NCBI GenBank assembly: GCA_963820825.1
Contig: CAWGBN010000008.1
Span: 480,001 to 544,000, forward strand
Length of the DNA: 64,000 nucleotides
From: Vulcanimicrobiota bacterium
GTDB taxonomy: Bacteria; Vulcanimicrobiota; Vulcanimicrobiia; Vulcanimicrobiales; Vulcanimicrobiaceae
Direction: 5' to 3'
In this document: one piece after another, positions 41,012-49,202 of the stretch
Layout: each line of letters begins with the position of its first letter
Position numbering within the stretch: the stretch's first letter is position 1
Program-made: the position numbers and the translations under genes
Notes under the pieces: model-generated
Database searches by the model: none
The model's input: only the letters and a program-made list of their open reading frames with translations
Told to the model about the DNA's origin: nothing

Positions 41012-41449
41012 TTACGGCCCGTAAACGATCTCGAGCATCTTGTCGTAGGGCTTGTACTGGTCGGTGATTACCTGGGGGCAGCGTTTGCAAATCGCTGCAC
41101 CTTCCTGCCTGAACCAACGACAGTCGCGTCTGATTGGGCAAGGGGGCAGATCCTCAGTCACCGGATCGAGCAGTTTTGTACCACGCGCGGCCAGTTGGCA
41201 AGCGCCGCTTTCAAAGTGTACGCAGGCTTCGGCACGACAAGGCGAAGCGAAGCGAAACACCTCCGACGGGCGAACGGGATCCGCCATTGCGAGTAGATCT
41301 ACAGTGACGGGAAGCACCGCTTCGGTCGGTACCACTCTGGGCGCTTCGGGGCTGCCCGTTACTACCCCGATCAACACAGCCTCACCGATAGTCGGGGGCG
41401 CACTCGGGCAGAGGATCGGATTGGAACTTCGTTCGTTACACTTAGCCAT
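41012..41449 (-). CDS. Cys-rich conserved hypothetical protein (9 Cys)
   Basis: LCPSA, FRFASPC...C.HF...C, LPPC.IR..CRWF.QEG..IC.RCP.VIT. Confidence 0.8.
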   Translation of the reverse strand: MAKCNERSSNPILCPSAPPTIGEAVLIGVVTGSPEAPRVVPTEAVLPVTVDLLAMADPVRPSEVFRFASPCRAEACVHFESGACQLAARGTKLLDPVTEDLPPCPIRRDCRWFRQEGAAICKRCPQVITDQYKPYDKMLEIVYGP

Positions 41450-41454
41450 GGCCT

Positions 41455-41676
41455 TTAGCCTTGTGCGTGCTCTTCCATAGCGCCGGCCCGCATGGCTCCG
41501 CTTTCGTCCGCCTCCAGCGTAACGCGGAATAGCGTACCAAACTCCCCGTTTACCGGTATCCCGCAGATGATGTGAATCGGCCCCCGGTAGAGTGGGTCGC
41601 GTGCCCGCAATGCGATGGCCACGCCTTCGGCCGCAGCCCTTGCGACTTCATCGGCCTTCAATGGTTTCGTCGACAT
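41455..41676 (-). CDS. Small hypothetical protein (73 aa)
   Basis: AAGGAG SD before ATG 41676; helical N-terminus then IHIICGIP; 5 nt upstream of the Cys-rich gene. Confidence 0.65.
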   Translation of the reverse strand: MSTKPLKADEVARAAAEGVAIALRARDPLYRGPIHIICGIPVNGEFGTLFRVTLEADESGAMRAGAMEEHAQG

Positions 41677-41755
41677 GAGACTCTCCTTACTAGCCACCTG
41701 GCTAGTACATGAACGATAGCCCCGGCCGAGGAGTTTGGCAAGAGCCGCCCCGAGT

Positions 41756-41841
41756 TGTCATGCACCAGCAAACGAGCGGTTGCTCGTCCTTAGTCCTTCG
41801 TCCTTCGACTCCGGTGCTTCGCACCCGCGCTCAGTATGACA
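41756..41841 (-). repeat. TGTC-type REP-like element (right), inverted relative to the left copy
   Basis: Reverse complement of 41810-41841 = TGTCATACTGAGCGCGGGTGCGAAGCACCGGA, 28/32 identical to 40928-40959; an extra TGTCAT at 41756 closes a degenerate dimer. Confidence 0.7.
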
Positions 41842-41876
41842 CTGCTGCGATTGCCCAAACGTAGCGAATCATCGTG

Positions 41877-42356
41877 CTAGAAATCTCCTTTGACTGATTG
41901 GGCGCTCCAGTTTGCTGCGAACGTTCCGTTCTTTACGGATGTGGCAAAGGCGTCAAAGGTCGCGATCGGTTTAGCGCCGCGTACGTTCCAAATTGCCGCC
42001 CAAGCGTTCGAGCGGCGCGCGAGCGCGAGGATTTCGTAGAAGTGCGCGATCCCGCCGCGTTCGTAGTGGATGATGCAGAGGTCGGCGCTGCACGCTGCAA
42101 AGATCAGACGGCGCCCGGGCGCGCCGGGCACGGGAACGTCGGTCGCGCTGAACGCACCGCCCGGCTCGGCCATCGTCCATCCGTTCGCCGAGACACCGTC
42201 GACCGTAAAGTCGCCCGCGGCAATGCGTGGCGGCAGCGCGGAAAAACGCGCGATCGGCTTGAGATTCGCGAGTTGCTGCGTGACCGTCGCGGGCGGCGCG
42301 GCGACGGCAAGCAGCGCGAGGACGAGCAACAGCGGAATCGTTCTCAGTAAAGCCAT
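41877..42356 (-). CDS. Hypothetical secreted protein
   Basis: Signal peptide; MAEPG..F.ATDV, RRLIFA, HYERGG. Confidence 0.65.
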   Translation of the reverse strand: MALLRTIPLLLVLALLAVAAPPATVTQQLANLKPIARFSALPPRIAAGDFTVDGVSANGWTMAEPGGAFSATDVPVPGAPGRRLIFAACSADLCIIHYERGGIAHFYEILALARRSNAWAAIWNVRGAKPIATFDAFATSVKNGTFAANWSAQSVKGDF

Positions 42357-42405
42357 CGCTCGCCGATTCGACGGAGAACCGGCCCCTCCGCCGAACGCTT
42401 CGATC

Positions 42406-42951
42406 ATGATGGAACCCAGTATCGTAAATCGTCTGATACGCTGCGCCGGCACGGCGATCGCAACGGTTGCGGCGGCACTCGCTCCGCTTTGGGCGCAGGC
42501 CGCGCCGATCGACGAGCTCAACCGCTTCGCCGGCTCCTGGCAGAGTCAGGGGACGTTCGTCGACAGTCCCTATCAAAAGGCGGGTGCAGCAACGGCAACG
42601 ACGACCTGCGCGTGGTCGATCGATCGCAACTTCATGATCTGCCAGCAGAGCGTGACGATGGCCGGCTCGCCCGACAGCGATCTCGGCATCTATAGCTACG
42701 ATCCGGTCGGCAACGTCTACCACTTCTACAACGTCCACGCCAGCCGGACGACCTCATCGACGATTCTCATCGACGGCAATACGATCACCTATCCGTTCTC
42801 GTTTACCGACAAGGACGGCAAGAGCGTCACCATCCGGACGCTCAACGTCTGGCAGAGTGCCGATGCATACACCTGGCGTACGGAGTATTCGACCGACGGC
42901 GGCACGACCTGGACGCTCATGGCGTCGGGGAAGTCCCAACGATCGCCGTAA
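42406..42951 (+). CDS. Secreted lipocalin-like (DUF1579-like) protein
   Basis: L.RFAGSW, C.W....FM.C, YSTDGGTTW. Confidence 0.6.
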   Translation: MMEPSIVNRLIRCAGTAIATVAAALAPLWAQAAPIDELNRFAGSWQSQGTFVDSPYQKAGAATATTTCAWSIDRNFMICQQSVTMAGSPDSDLGIYSYDPVGNVYHFYNVHASRTTSSTILIDGNTITYPFSFTDKDGKSVTIRTLNVWQSADAYTWRTEYSTDGGTTWTLMASGKSQRSP

Positions 42952-43027
42952 CCGCGCAGCGCCCGGCGAGCAATTTGTCTACACAAAATCGGCAGTGAGC
43001 GGCTCCGCGGCGTAGAACGCCGCCCGC

Positions 43028-44023
43028 GTGGGCCGCTCCACGCGCGCAAAGATCCTCGCGATGTACGCGCTGCTGCTCGGCGCCAACGCCGCCGGCTGGG
43101 CCTTAGCGTTTTGCGTCTTCGCGCCGCCGCACGCGCTGCTCTTGGGCACGGCGCTGCTCGCCTATACCTTCGGCCTGCGGCACGCGGTCGATGCCGATCA
43201 TATCTCGGCCATCGACAACGCCACGCGCAAGCTGATGCGAGACGGCAAAAAACCGGTCGGCGCCGGCTTTTTCTTCTCGCTCGGTCACTCGACGGTCGTC
43301 GTCGCGCTCACGCTCGCGATCGTCTTAGGCGCGGCCGCCGTTCGCGTGCGTTTGCCGAGCTTAGAAGGGCTCGGGAGCATCGTCGGAACGGGGATCTCGG
43401 CGGCCTTTCTCTTCATCATTGCCGCGATCAACGCGTTCGTGCTGGTCGATATCGTGCGCGCGCTTCGCCAAGTGCGCGCCGGCGGAGCGTACGCCGAACA
43501 GAGCCTCAACGACTCGCTCGACCAGCGCGGACTCCTCGGCCGTCTCTTCAAACCGGTATTGCGTCTGGTTTCGCGCAGCAGCGACATGTATTTCGTCGGG
43601 CTGCTCTTCGGTCTGGGATTCGACACCGCAACCGAGGTCGGATTGCTGGGAATCGCCGCGATCGAGGCGGGCAAAGGTCTGCCGGTCTTTGCGATTCTGC
43701 TCTTTCCGCTGCTCTTCACCGTGGCGATGTCGCTGGTCGATACGACCGACGGCGTCCTGATGCTCGGCGCCTACGGCTGGGCCTTTCTCAAGCCCGCGCG
43801 CAAGCTTTATTACAATCTGACGATCACTGCGGCATCGGTTGTGACCGCCGTGCTCGTCGGCGGGATCGAGCTCGCCGGCATTACCGGCGGCGGACCGCAG
43901 GTCGGCTGGCTCGGATTCGCGATCGTTGCCCTGTTTACGTTGGGCTGGCTTCTATCGATGTCGTTTCATGCCGTTCGAACGGCGGGAATCCGTCGGCGAG
44001 CAGCCAGGCTTCCAGATGCTTGA
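43028..44023 (+). CDS. NiCoT nickel/cobalt permease, copy 2
   Basis: GLRHAVDADHI, FFSLGHSTVV, GLGFDTATE; close paralog of 33748..34755. Confidence 0.93.
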   Translation: MGRSTRAKILAMYALLLGANAAGWALAFCVFAPPHALLLGTALLAYTFGLRHAVDADHISAIDNATRKLMRDGKKPVGAGFFFSLGHSTVVVALTLAIVLGAAAVRVRLPSLEGLGSIVGTGISAAFLFIIAAINAFVLVDIVRALRQVRAGGAYAEQSLNDSLDQRGLLGRLFKPVLRLVSRSSDMYFVGLLFGLGFDTATEVGLLGIAAIEAGKGLPVFAILLFPLLFTVAMSLVDTTDGVLMLGAYGWAFLKPARKLYYNLTITAASVVTAVLVGGIELAGITGGGPQVGWLGFAIVALFTLGWLLSMSFHAVRTAGIRRRAARLPDA

Positions 44024-44297
44024 CGTACGCGCTGCCGAACGAATCGGCGAGCGCGCGAAGGTACGACTCGTAACGCGCGCGATCGTTGGCGAGGACGAGC
44101 GCGCCAAGCGCGCGATGCTGTCGGCTCATGTAACCGGCCTGCAGGCGCAAGCCGCCGTGGACCGCTTCTAGCAGAATATCGCTCGCCGAACGCGTCACGT
44201 CGTCGTGCAGCCGCTGCTCGAACCACTCGTCGAGCTCGAGCGGCAGCCGAAGCGAGCGTACCGGCCCGAACCGGCCGGAACCCTTAGGACGCGCCAT
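43935..44297 (-). CDS. Small protein with probable ribbon-helix-helix N-terminus
   Basis: MARPK...VRSLRLPLELDEWF...SASDILLEAV; overlaps the His-rich ORF by 14 nt. Confidence 0.6.
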   Translation of the reverse strand: MARPKGSGRFGPVRSLRLPLELDEWFEQRLHDDVTRSASDILLEAVHGGLRLQAGYMSRQHRALGALVLANDRARYESYLRALADSFGSAYVKHLEAWLLADGFPPFERHETTSIEASPT

Positions 44298-44481
44298 CGC
44301 GTTTGTCGCCCGCGTGCTCGTGCACGTGGTCGTGATCGGAACCGTCGTGGGTGTGCACGTGCTCGTGCACCGTGCCGTCGTAGTGGGCGTGGGCGTGGGA
44401 ATGGTCGTGCGTGTGGCCGGGGAAGGCGTCGTCGTGCACGTGGACCGTGCCGTTCTGATGCCGGTGCGGTAAGCGTTCCAT
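44284..44481 (-). CDS. Histidine-rich peptide (65 aa, 18 His), putative Ni/metal-binding
   Basis: HxH repeats; AAGGAGGT SD (44489-96) and TATAAT (44509-14) upstream on the minus strand. Confidence 0.8.
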   Translation of the reverse strand: MERLPHRHQNGTVHVHDDAFPGHTHDHSHAHAHYDGTVHEHVHTHDGSDHDHVHEHAGDKRDGAS

Positions 44482-44543
44482 CGTCCCTACCTCCTTGGAT
44501 GAGGCTCTATTATACTCACTCGCCGCCTTTTTTTCGCGGGAGG

Positions 44544-44570
44544 TGTCGAAATCGGCATCGCTCGTTCGAC
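44544..44570 (+). promoter_or_regulatory. ECF42-type promoter TGTCGA-N17-CGAC
   Basis: Matches the described ECF42 consensus; 40 nt upstream of YciI. Confidence 0.7.
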
Positions 44571-44609
44571 GCACCGGTAGAACGCCACAAAACCAAAAGG
44601 AGATGTTCC

Positions 44610-45026
44610 ATGCGATTCGCAGTCTTAGTTAAAGCAAGCGATGAGAGCGAGGCAGGGGTCCTTCCGTCGAGCGAGATCCTCGCCGAAATGGGCAAGTTCA
44701 ACGAACAGCTGGCAAAAGACGGCGTCTTGCTCGCCGGCGACGGCCTGCAGCCCTCGTCGAAGGGGGCGCGGCTTCGCTTCGATGGCGGCCGCACCACGGT
44801 CATCGACGGTCCCTTCACCGAGACAAAGGAGCTCGTTGCCGGCTTCTGGATCGTTCAGGGGAAATCGAAGGAAGAGGTCGTCGAGCGCTTCATGCACGCG
44901 CCCTTCGACGGCGGCCAAGTGATCGAGATTCGGCAGATCTTCGAGACCGAGGACTTCGGCAAGAACCTCACGCCGGAGATCCGCGAGCGGGCCGAACGCA
45001 CCTGGAAGAAGGTGGCGGGCTCGTAG
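44610..45026 (+). CDS. YciI/DGPF family protein
   Basis: GDGLQPSSKG, IDGPFTETKELVAGFW; AAGGAG SD. Confidence 0.92.
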   Translation: MRFAVLVKASDESEAGVLPSSEILAEMGKFNEQLAKDGVLLAGDGLQPSSKGARLRFDGGRTTVIDGPFTETKELVAGFWIVQGKSKEEVVERFMHAPFDGGQVIEIRQIFETEDFGKNLTPEIRERAERTWKKVAGS

Positions 45027-46280
45027 TTGAACGGTCACGACCTCGACGCAACGATCGCCGCGATCTGGCGGATCGAGTCGCCGAAGCTCATCGCGAGGCT
45101 CGCGCGACTGCTGCGCGACGTCGGCCGCGCTGAAGATCTCGCGCAGGATGCCTTCGTCGCGGCCCTCGCGCAATGGCCGGGCGAGGGCATCCCGCGCAAT
45201 CCGGGCGCTTGGCTCATGACCGCGTCAAAGCGGCGAGCGGTCGATGAGATCCGCCGCTCGCAAACGCTGGCGCGCAAGACCGAGCAGTACGCGCGCGACG
45301 TCGACGCGGCGGAAGCGGACGGCGACCTCGCCTCTGCCTACGAGGAGATCGACGATGACATGCTCCGGCTGATCTTCGTTGCCTGTCACCCCGCCGTCTC
45401 GAAGGAGGCGCACGTCGCGCTTACCCTCAAGCTTTTCGGCGGTCTCACGACTGCCGAAATTGCGCGAGCCTTTCTCGTTCCCGAAGCGACGATCGCACAA
45501 CGCATCGTCCGCGCGAAGCGTACGCTCGCGCAGGCGCGGGCACCCTTCGAGGTGCCGGCCGGGAGCGAGCGGCGCGCGCGTCTCGGATCGATTCTGGAGA
45601 CGATCTATCTCATCTTCAACGAAGGCTACGCGGCAACGGCGGGCGAGGACGTCTTGCGGCCGGAGCTCGTCGAGGATGCCTTGCGACTGGGGCGCATGCT
45701 CGCCGCGCTTATGCCGCACGAGAGCGAAGTGCACGGTCTCGTCGCGCTGATGGAGCTTCAAGCCTCGCGCATGCGGGCACGCGTTGCGCCAGAGGGCGAG
45801 CCGATTCTCTTGCTCGACCAGGACCGAAGCCGTTGGAATCGGCTGCTCATCGAGCGTGGATTGCGGGCATTGCGAGAGGCCGAACGGCTCGGCGACGGGC
45901 TCGGGCCGTACGCGCTTCAAGCGGCCATTGCCGCCTGCCATGCGCGCGCTTCGACCGCCGATGCGACCGATTGGCCGCGCATCGCCGCGCTCTACGGCGC
46001 GCTCTCACAGCTCTCCCCGACGCCCGTCGTCGAACTCAATCGCGCGGTCGCAGTCGCGATGGCCGATGGGCCGCAAGCCGGGCTCGAGATTGCCGATAGG
46101 CTGCTCGAAGAACCCGCGCTGCGCAGCTATCACCTGCTGCCGAGCGTGCGCGGCGATCTGCTGTACAAACTCGGACGCCTGAGCGAAGCGCGAGAAGCGT
46201 TCGAGCGTGCTGCCTCGTTGGCGCAGAACGCCCGCGATAAACGCCTCTTGCTTTCGCGCGCCGCGGCGTGCGAGGATTGA
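45027..46280 (+). CDS. ECF sigma factor with TPR extension (ECF42-like, DUF6596)
   Basis: AEDLAQDAF, DDMLRLIF.ACHP, AQRIVRAK, YLIFNEGY, QDRSRW, ELNRAVA. Confidence 0.93.
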   Translation: MNGHDLDATIAAIWRIESPKLIARLARLLRDVGRAEDLAQDAFVAALAQWPGEGIPRNPGAWLMTASKRRAVDEIRRSQTLARKTEQYARDVDAAEADGDLASAYEEIDDDMLRLIFVACHPAVSKEAHVALTLKLFGGLTTAEIARAFLVPEATIAQRIVRAKRTLAQARAPFEVPAGSERRARLGSILETIYLIFNEGYAATAGEDVLRPELVEDALRLGRMLAALMPHESEVHGLVALMELQASRMRARVAPEGEPILLLDQDRSRWNRLLIERGLRALREAERLGDGLGPYALQAAIAACHARASTADATDWPRIAALYGALSQLSPTPVVELNRAVAVAMADGPQAGLEIADRLLEEPALRSYHLLPSVRGDLLYKLGRLSEAREAFERAASLAQNARDKRLLLSRAAACED

Positions 46281-46283
46281 GCG

Positions 46284-46943
46284 ATGGCCGATCGCGCCGA
46301 TGAGGTATCGCCGCAGGTCTGGGCGCGCACCGGCGGCTGGCTCTACCTGCTCGTTTTTGTGATGGCCGCGCTCTCGATGGTACTGCAATCGAAATTTACC
46401 CCCGGCGCGCCGCTCTGGCGCGTCTCGGTGGGCGCGGAGCTGCTCATGTTTACCTCCGACATCCCGCTTGCGGTAATCTTCTACGTGCTGCTCCGCCCGG
46501 TCGACGCGAACCTCGCGCTGCTCTCGGCTCTCTTTCGATTCGCCGAAGCGATGATCGGCAGCATCAACGCGATCTGGCACGTGGCGCCGATCCTCGCGCC
46601 GCCGTCGCTGCACGACCTCGCCCACCTCTCGCTGCGGCTCTACGAATACGGCTTCGCTATCGCGCTGATCCCCTTCGGCTTGCACTGCATCGTTCTCGGA
46701 TATCTCATCTACCGGTCGACGTATCTACCGAAAACGCTGGGCGTTCTGATGACGCTGGCGGGCTTCGCCTACGTCGCGAATAGCTTTGCACTGGTCGCGG
46801 CACCCGCGGTTGCCGATGCGACCTTCATCGCGATGCTGGTCACCGGTTTCCCGGCGGAGATCGGTCTCTGCCTCTGGCTGATCGTGATGGGCGTGAATCA
46901 GCCGCGCTGGAACGCCGTCATGGCGGCGCGGTCGTTCGCTTAA
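46284..46943 (+). CDS. DUF4386 family membrane protein
   Basis: ARTGGWLYL, FGLHCIVLGYLIYRSTYLPK, E..LCLWL..GV. Confidence 0.82.
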   Translation: MADRADEVSPQVWARTGGWLYLLVFVMAALSMVLQSKFTPGAPLWRVSVGAELLMFTSDIPLAVIFYVLLRPVDANLALLSALFRFAEAMIGSINAIWHVAPILAPPSLHDLAHLSLRLYEYGFAIALIPFGLHCIVLGYLIYRSTYLPKTLGVLMTLAGFAYVANSFALVAAPAVADATFIAMLVTGFPAEIGLCLWLIVMGVNQPRWNAVMAARSFA

Positions 46944-46949
46944 GTTCAT

Positions 46950-47402
46950 ATGAACGTACAAGAACAAATCAAAGAGTATATTATCAGCCAACCTGAACCA
47001 AAGCGTAGTGATATGCAAGAGTTGCACCACCTCACACTTCAAATTTTACCGGGTTGTAAATTATGGTTCGACGATGGTAAAAACAGCGAAAATAAAACTG
47101 TTAGTAACCCTACTATAGGCTATGGATTTCACACCATAAAATACGCTGATGGAAAGACCAGGGATTTTTTTCAAATTGGTGTGAGTGCAAACAAAACCGG
47201 AATCTCTGTCTATATCCTCGGTGTCAAAGATAAGACATACTTAGCCCAAACGTATGGAAAAAAATTAGGCAAGGCGAGCGTGACCGGGTATTGCATTAGG
47301 TTCAAAACGCTAAAAGACATAAACATTGATGTACTTGAAGCGGCAATACGATATGGGGTAGAGGTGGCGCCGGGCGCCGAGTGCGGCCGCAACTCGTTGT
47401 AG
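46950..47402 (+). CDS. DUF1801 family protein, AT-rich (foreign-looking)
   Basis: NPTIGYG...KYADG, ANKTGISVY, LGKA..TGYCIRFK; A/T-ending codons unlike the neighbours. Confidence 0.85.
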   Translation: MNVQEQIKEYIISQPEPKRSDMQELHHLTLQILPGCKLWFDDGKNSENKTVSNPTIGYGFHTIKYADGKTRDFFQIGVSANKTGISVYILGVKDKTYLAQTYGKKLGKASVTGYCIRFKTLKDINIDVLEAAIRYGVEVAPGAECGRNSL

Positions 47403-47512
47403 AAACGGAGGTACTGCCGAGGTTAATTACGATTGGCAGCGGCGATTCGCCGCAACCCGCGAGCAATGCTGGCTAAGATGTCTTTTCGCCAAAATCATCT
47501 GGTGAATCCGGG

Positions 47513-48259
47513 TTACGAAGCGCTCGCGCGGAAATCGGCAAAACCGTAGGCGGCGTTCAAACCCGTCGCGCCTTCGAGAAAGAATCCGATCCCGGGACTC
47601 CCCGAGGTGAACGCACCGCTATAATCCGTTACCGAGAAGATTTGCGTGCCGTTCTTAAAGACCGCGATCGTCGCGCTGCCCTCGCCGGTAACGGTCGCTT
47701 TCAGAACGTCGCCGTTCTTGCATCCGACGGCGCGGCCGTCGAGCTCGGTAAAATCGGCGAGCGGACCGTTCCAGCGCACCACCTGCATGTACGGGTCGCT
47801 CCGGTTGACGCTGCAGTTGATCTCGTAACCCGTGATGCTGTTCGGTGCGATCGTCGTGCGGACGCGCAACTCGACCTCTTCGTAGACGCCGGACGCTTTG
47901 GACGGATGGTGCACGCTCAATCTCGCGCGCACCGTTTGATCGGGTCCCCATCTTCCGCGCAGAACCGCGGTCGAATCGGCGTACTCTTGCGGGTAATACG
48001 CATCGCCGGGCATGGTTCCGAAGGCCAGACCCGGCGTGGTCTGCACGTTAGTCCAATCGATTCCGGTGACTCCTCCGTTGATCCAACGGCCGCCCTCGGA
48101 GATCGGATTCTCGGTCAGCGTAAAATGGGTGCGGTAGCTGCGCATCTTCGTTTCGCGAATCTGCGGCAACGACAGCGGAGCGCCGCTAGACGACGCTCCG
48201 TAGCCGTTGCATCCGGTGAGCAGACAGAACGCCGCAAGAGCGATGGACGTTCTACTCAA
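47513..48259 (-). CDS. Hypothetical lipoprotein (beta-sandwich-like)
   Basis: Lipobox LTGC; ENPISEGG.W, EEVELR, GSPGIGF. Confidence 0.6.
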   Translation of the reverse strand: MSRTSIALAAFCLLTGCNGYGASSSGAPLSLPQIRETKMRSYRTHFTLTENPISEGGRWINGGVTGIDWTNVQTTPGLAFGTMPGDAYYPQEYADSTAVLRGRWGPDQTVRARLSVHHPSKASGVYEEVELRVRTTIAPNSITGYEINCSVNRSDPYMQVVRWNGPLADFTELDGRAVGCKNGDVLKATVTGEGSATIAVFKNGTQIFSVTDYSGAFTSGSPGIGFFLEGATGLNAAYGFADFRASAS

Positions 48260-48265
48260 TTTATC

Positions 48266-49117
48266 TCAGTTGAGCGAGGGTTCCGGTTGCGCGACGGGCG
48301 CGCCGAAGAAGGCGAGGAGATCGGCGTTGACGCGATCCTTCAGCGTCGAGGGAAGGCCGTGCGGCGCCCCCTTGTAGATTTCTAAACGCCCGTTCGGTAC
48401 GAGTTTTACCGCGAGCATCGAAGCGTCGGCGATTGGAACGATTTGATCGTCGTCGCCGTGGATGAAGAGCGTCGGCACGTTCATCTTCTTGAGGTCTTCG
48501 GTGAAGTCGGTCTCCGAGAAGGCCTTCACGCAGTCGTAACATGCTTTGATTCCGGCAAGCATTCCCTGCAGCCAGAACGAGTCACGCAGACCTTGCGAGA
48601 CCTTCGCCCCATCGCGGTTCGCGCCAAAGAACGGCGCGCTCAGGTCTTTCCAGAATTGCGACCGGTCGGCTTGGATCGCCGCGCGGATTTGATCGAACGC
48701 CTCCATCGGCATGCCCCCGGGGTTCGCCGGCGATTTGAGCATGATCGGCGGGACCGAGCTGATCAGCACGGCTTTCGCGACGCGATCGGTTCCGTGGCGT
48801 CCGATGTAGCGCGCGACCTCGCCGCCGCCGGTCGAGTGGCCGACGTGAATCGCGTTATGCAGGTCGAGGCTCTTCACGAGCTCGGCGAGATCGTCGGCGT
48901 AGGTGTCCATGTCGTTGCCGTCCCACGGCTGGCTCGAACGGCCGTGGCCGCGCCGGTCGTGCGCGACGCAACGGTAACCGTTCGCCGCCAGAAAGAGCAT
49001 CTGGTCTTCCCACGCGTCCGCGCAGAGCGGCCATCCGTGACTGAAGACGACCGGTTGCCCGGTTCCCCAGTCCTTGTAGTAGAGTTGCGTGCCGTCACGC
49101 AGCGTCAAATATGCCAT
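48266..49117 (-). CDS. cpo: Non-heme haloperoxidase/perhydrolase (alpha/beta hydrolase)
   Basis: [50 protein letters not shown]. Confidence 0.9.
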   Translation of the reverse strand: MAYLTLRDGTQLYYKDWGTGQPVVFSHGWPLCADAWEDQMLFLAANGYRCVAHDRRGHGRSSQPWDGNDMDTYADDLAELVKSLDLHNAIHVGHSTGGGEVARYIGRHGTDRVAKAVLISSVPPIMLKSPANPGGMPMEAFDQIRAAIQADRSQFWKDLSAPFFGANRDGAKVSQGLRDSFWLQGMLAGIKACYDCVKAFSETDFTEDLKKMNVPTLFIHGDDDQIVPIADASMLAVKLVPNGRLEIYKGAPHGLPSTLKDRVNADLLAFFGAPVAQPEPSLN

Positions 49118-49202
49118 CGTCTTCTCTCCTTGTCGTTCGAGGATACGACGCCTAAGGCGCTTTGCGCTAGTAGGCCAGGGCACACAAACCTTAAGGTCCG
49201 GC

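Noticed and set aside
41012..41449. Nitrogen-fixation role for the Cys-rich protein (a label I recall on some homologs)
   Set aside because: No nif genes are in the window and no motif supports it.
33748..44481. Nickel supply for the neighbouring CODH
   Set aside because: The cox enzyme is the Mo-Cu type, not Ni-CODH; no cooS, hydrogenase or urease gene is in the window.
47400..47515. Integron attC site or tRNA after the AT-rich gene
   Set aside because: No properly complementary RYYYAAC/GTTRRRY pair, no intI, and no T-loop or anticodon geometry.
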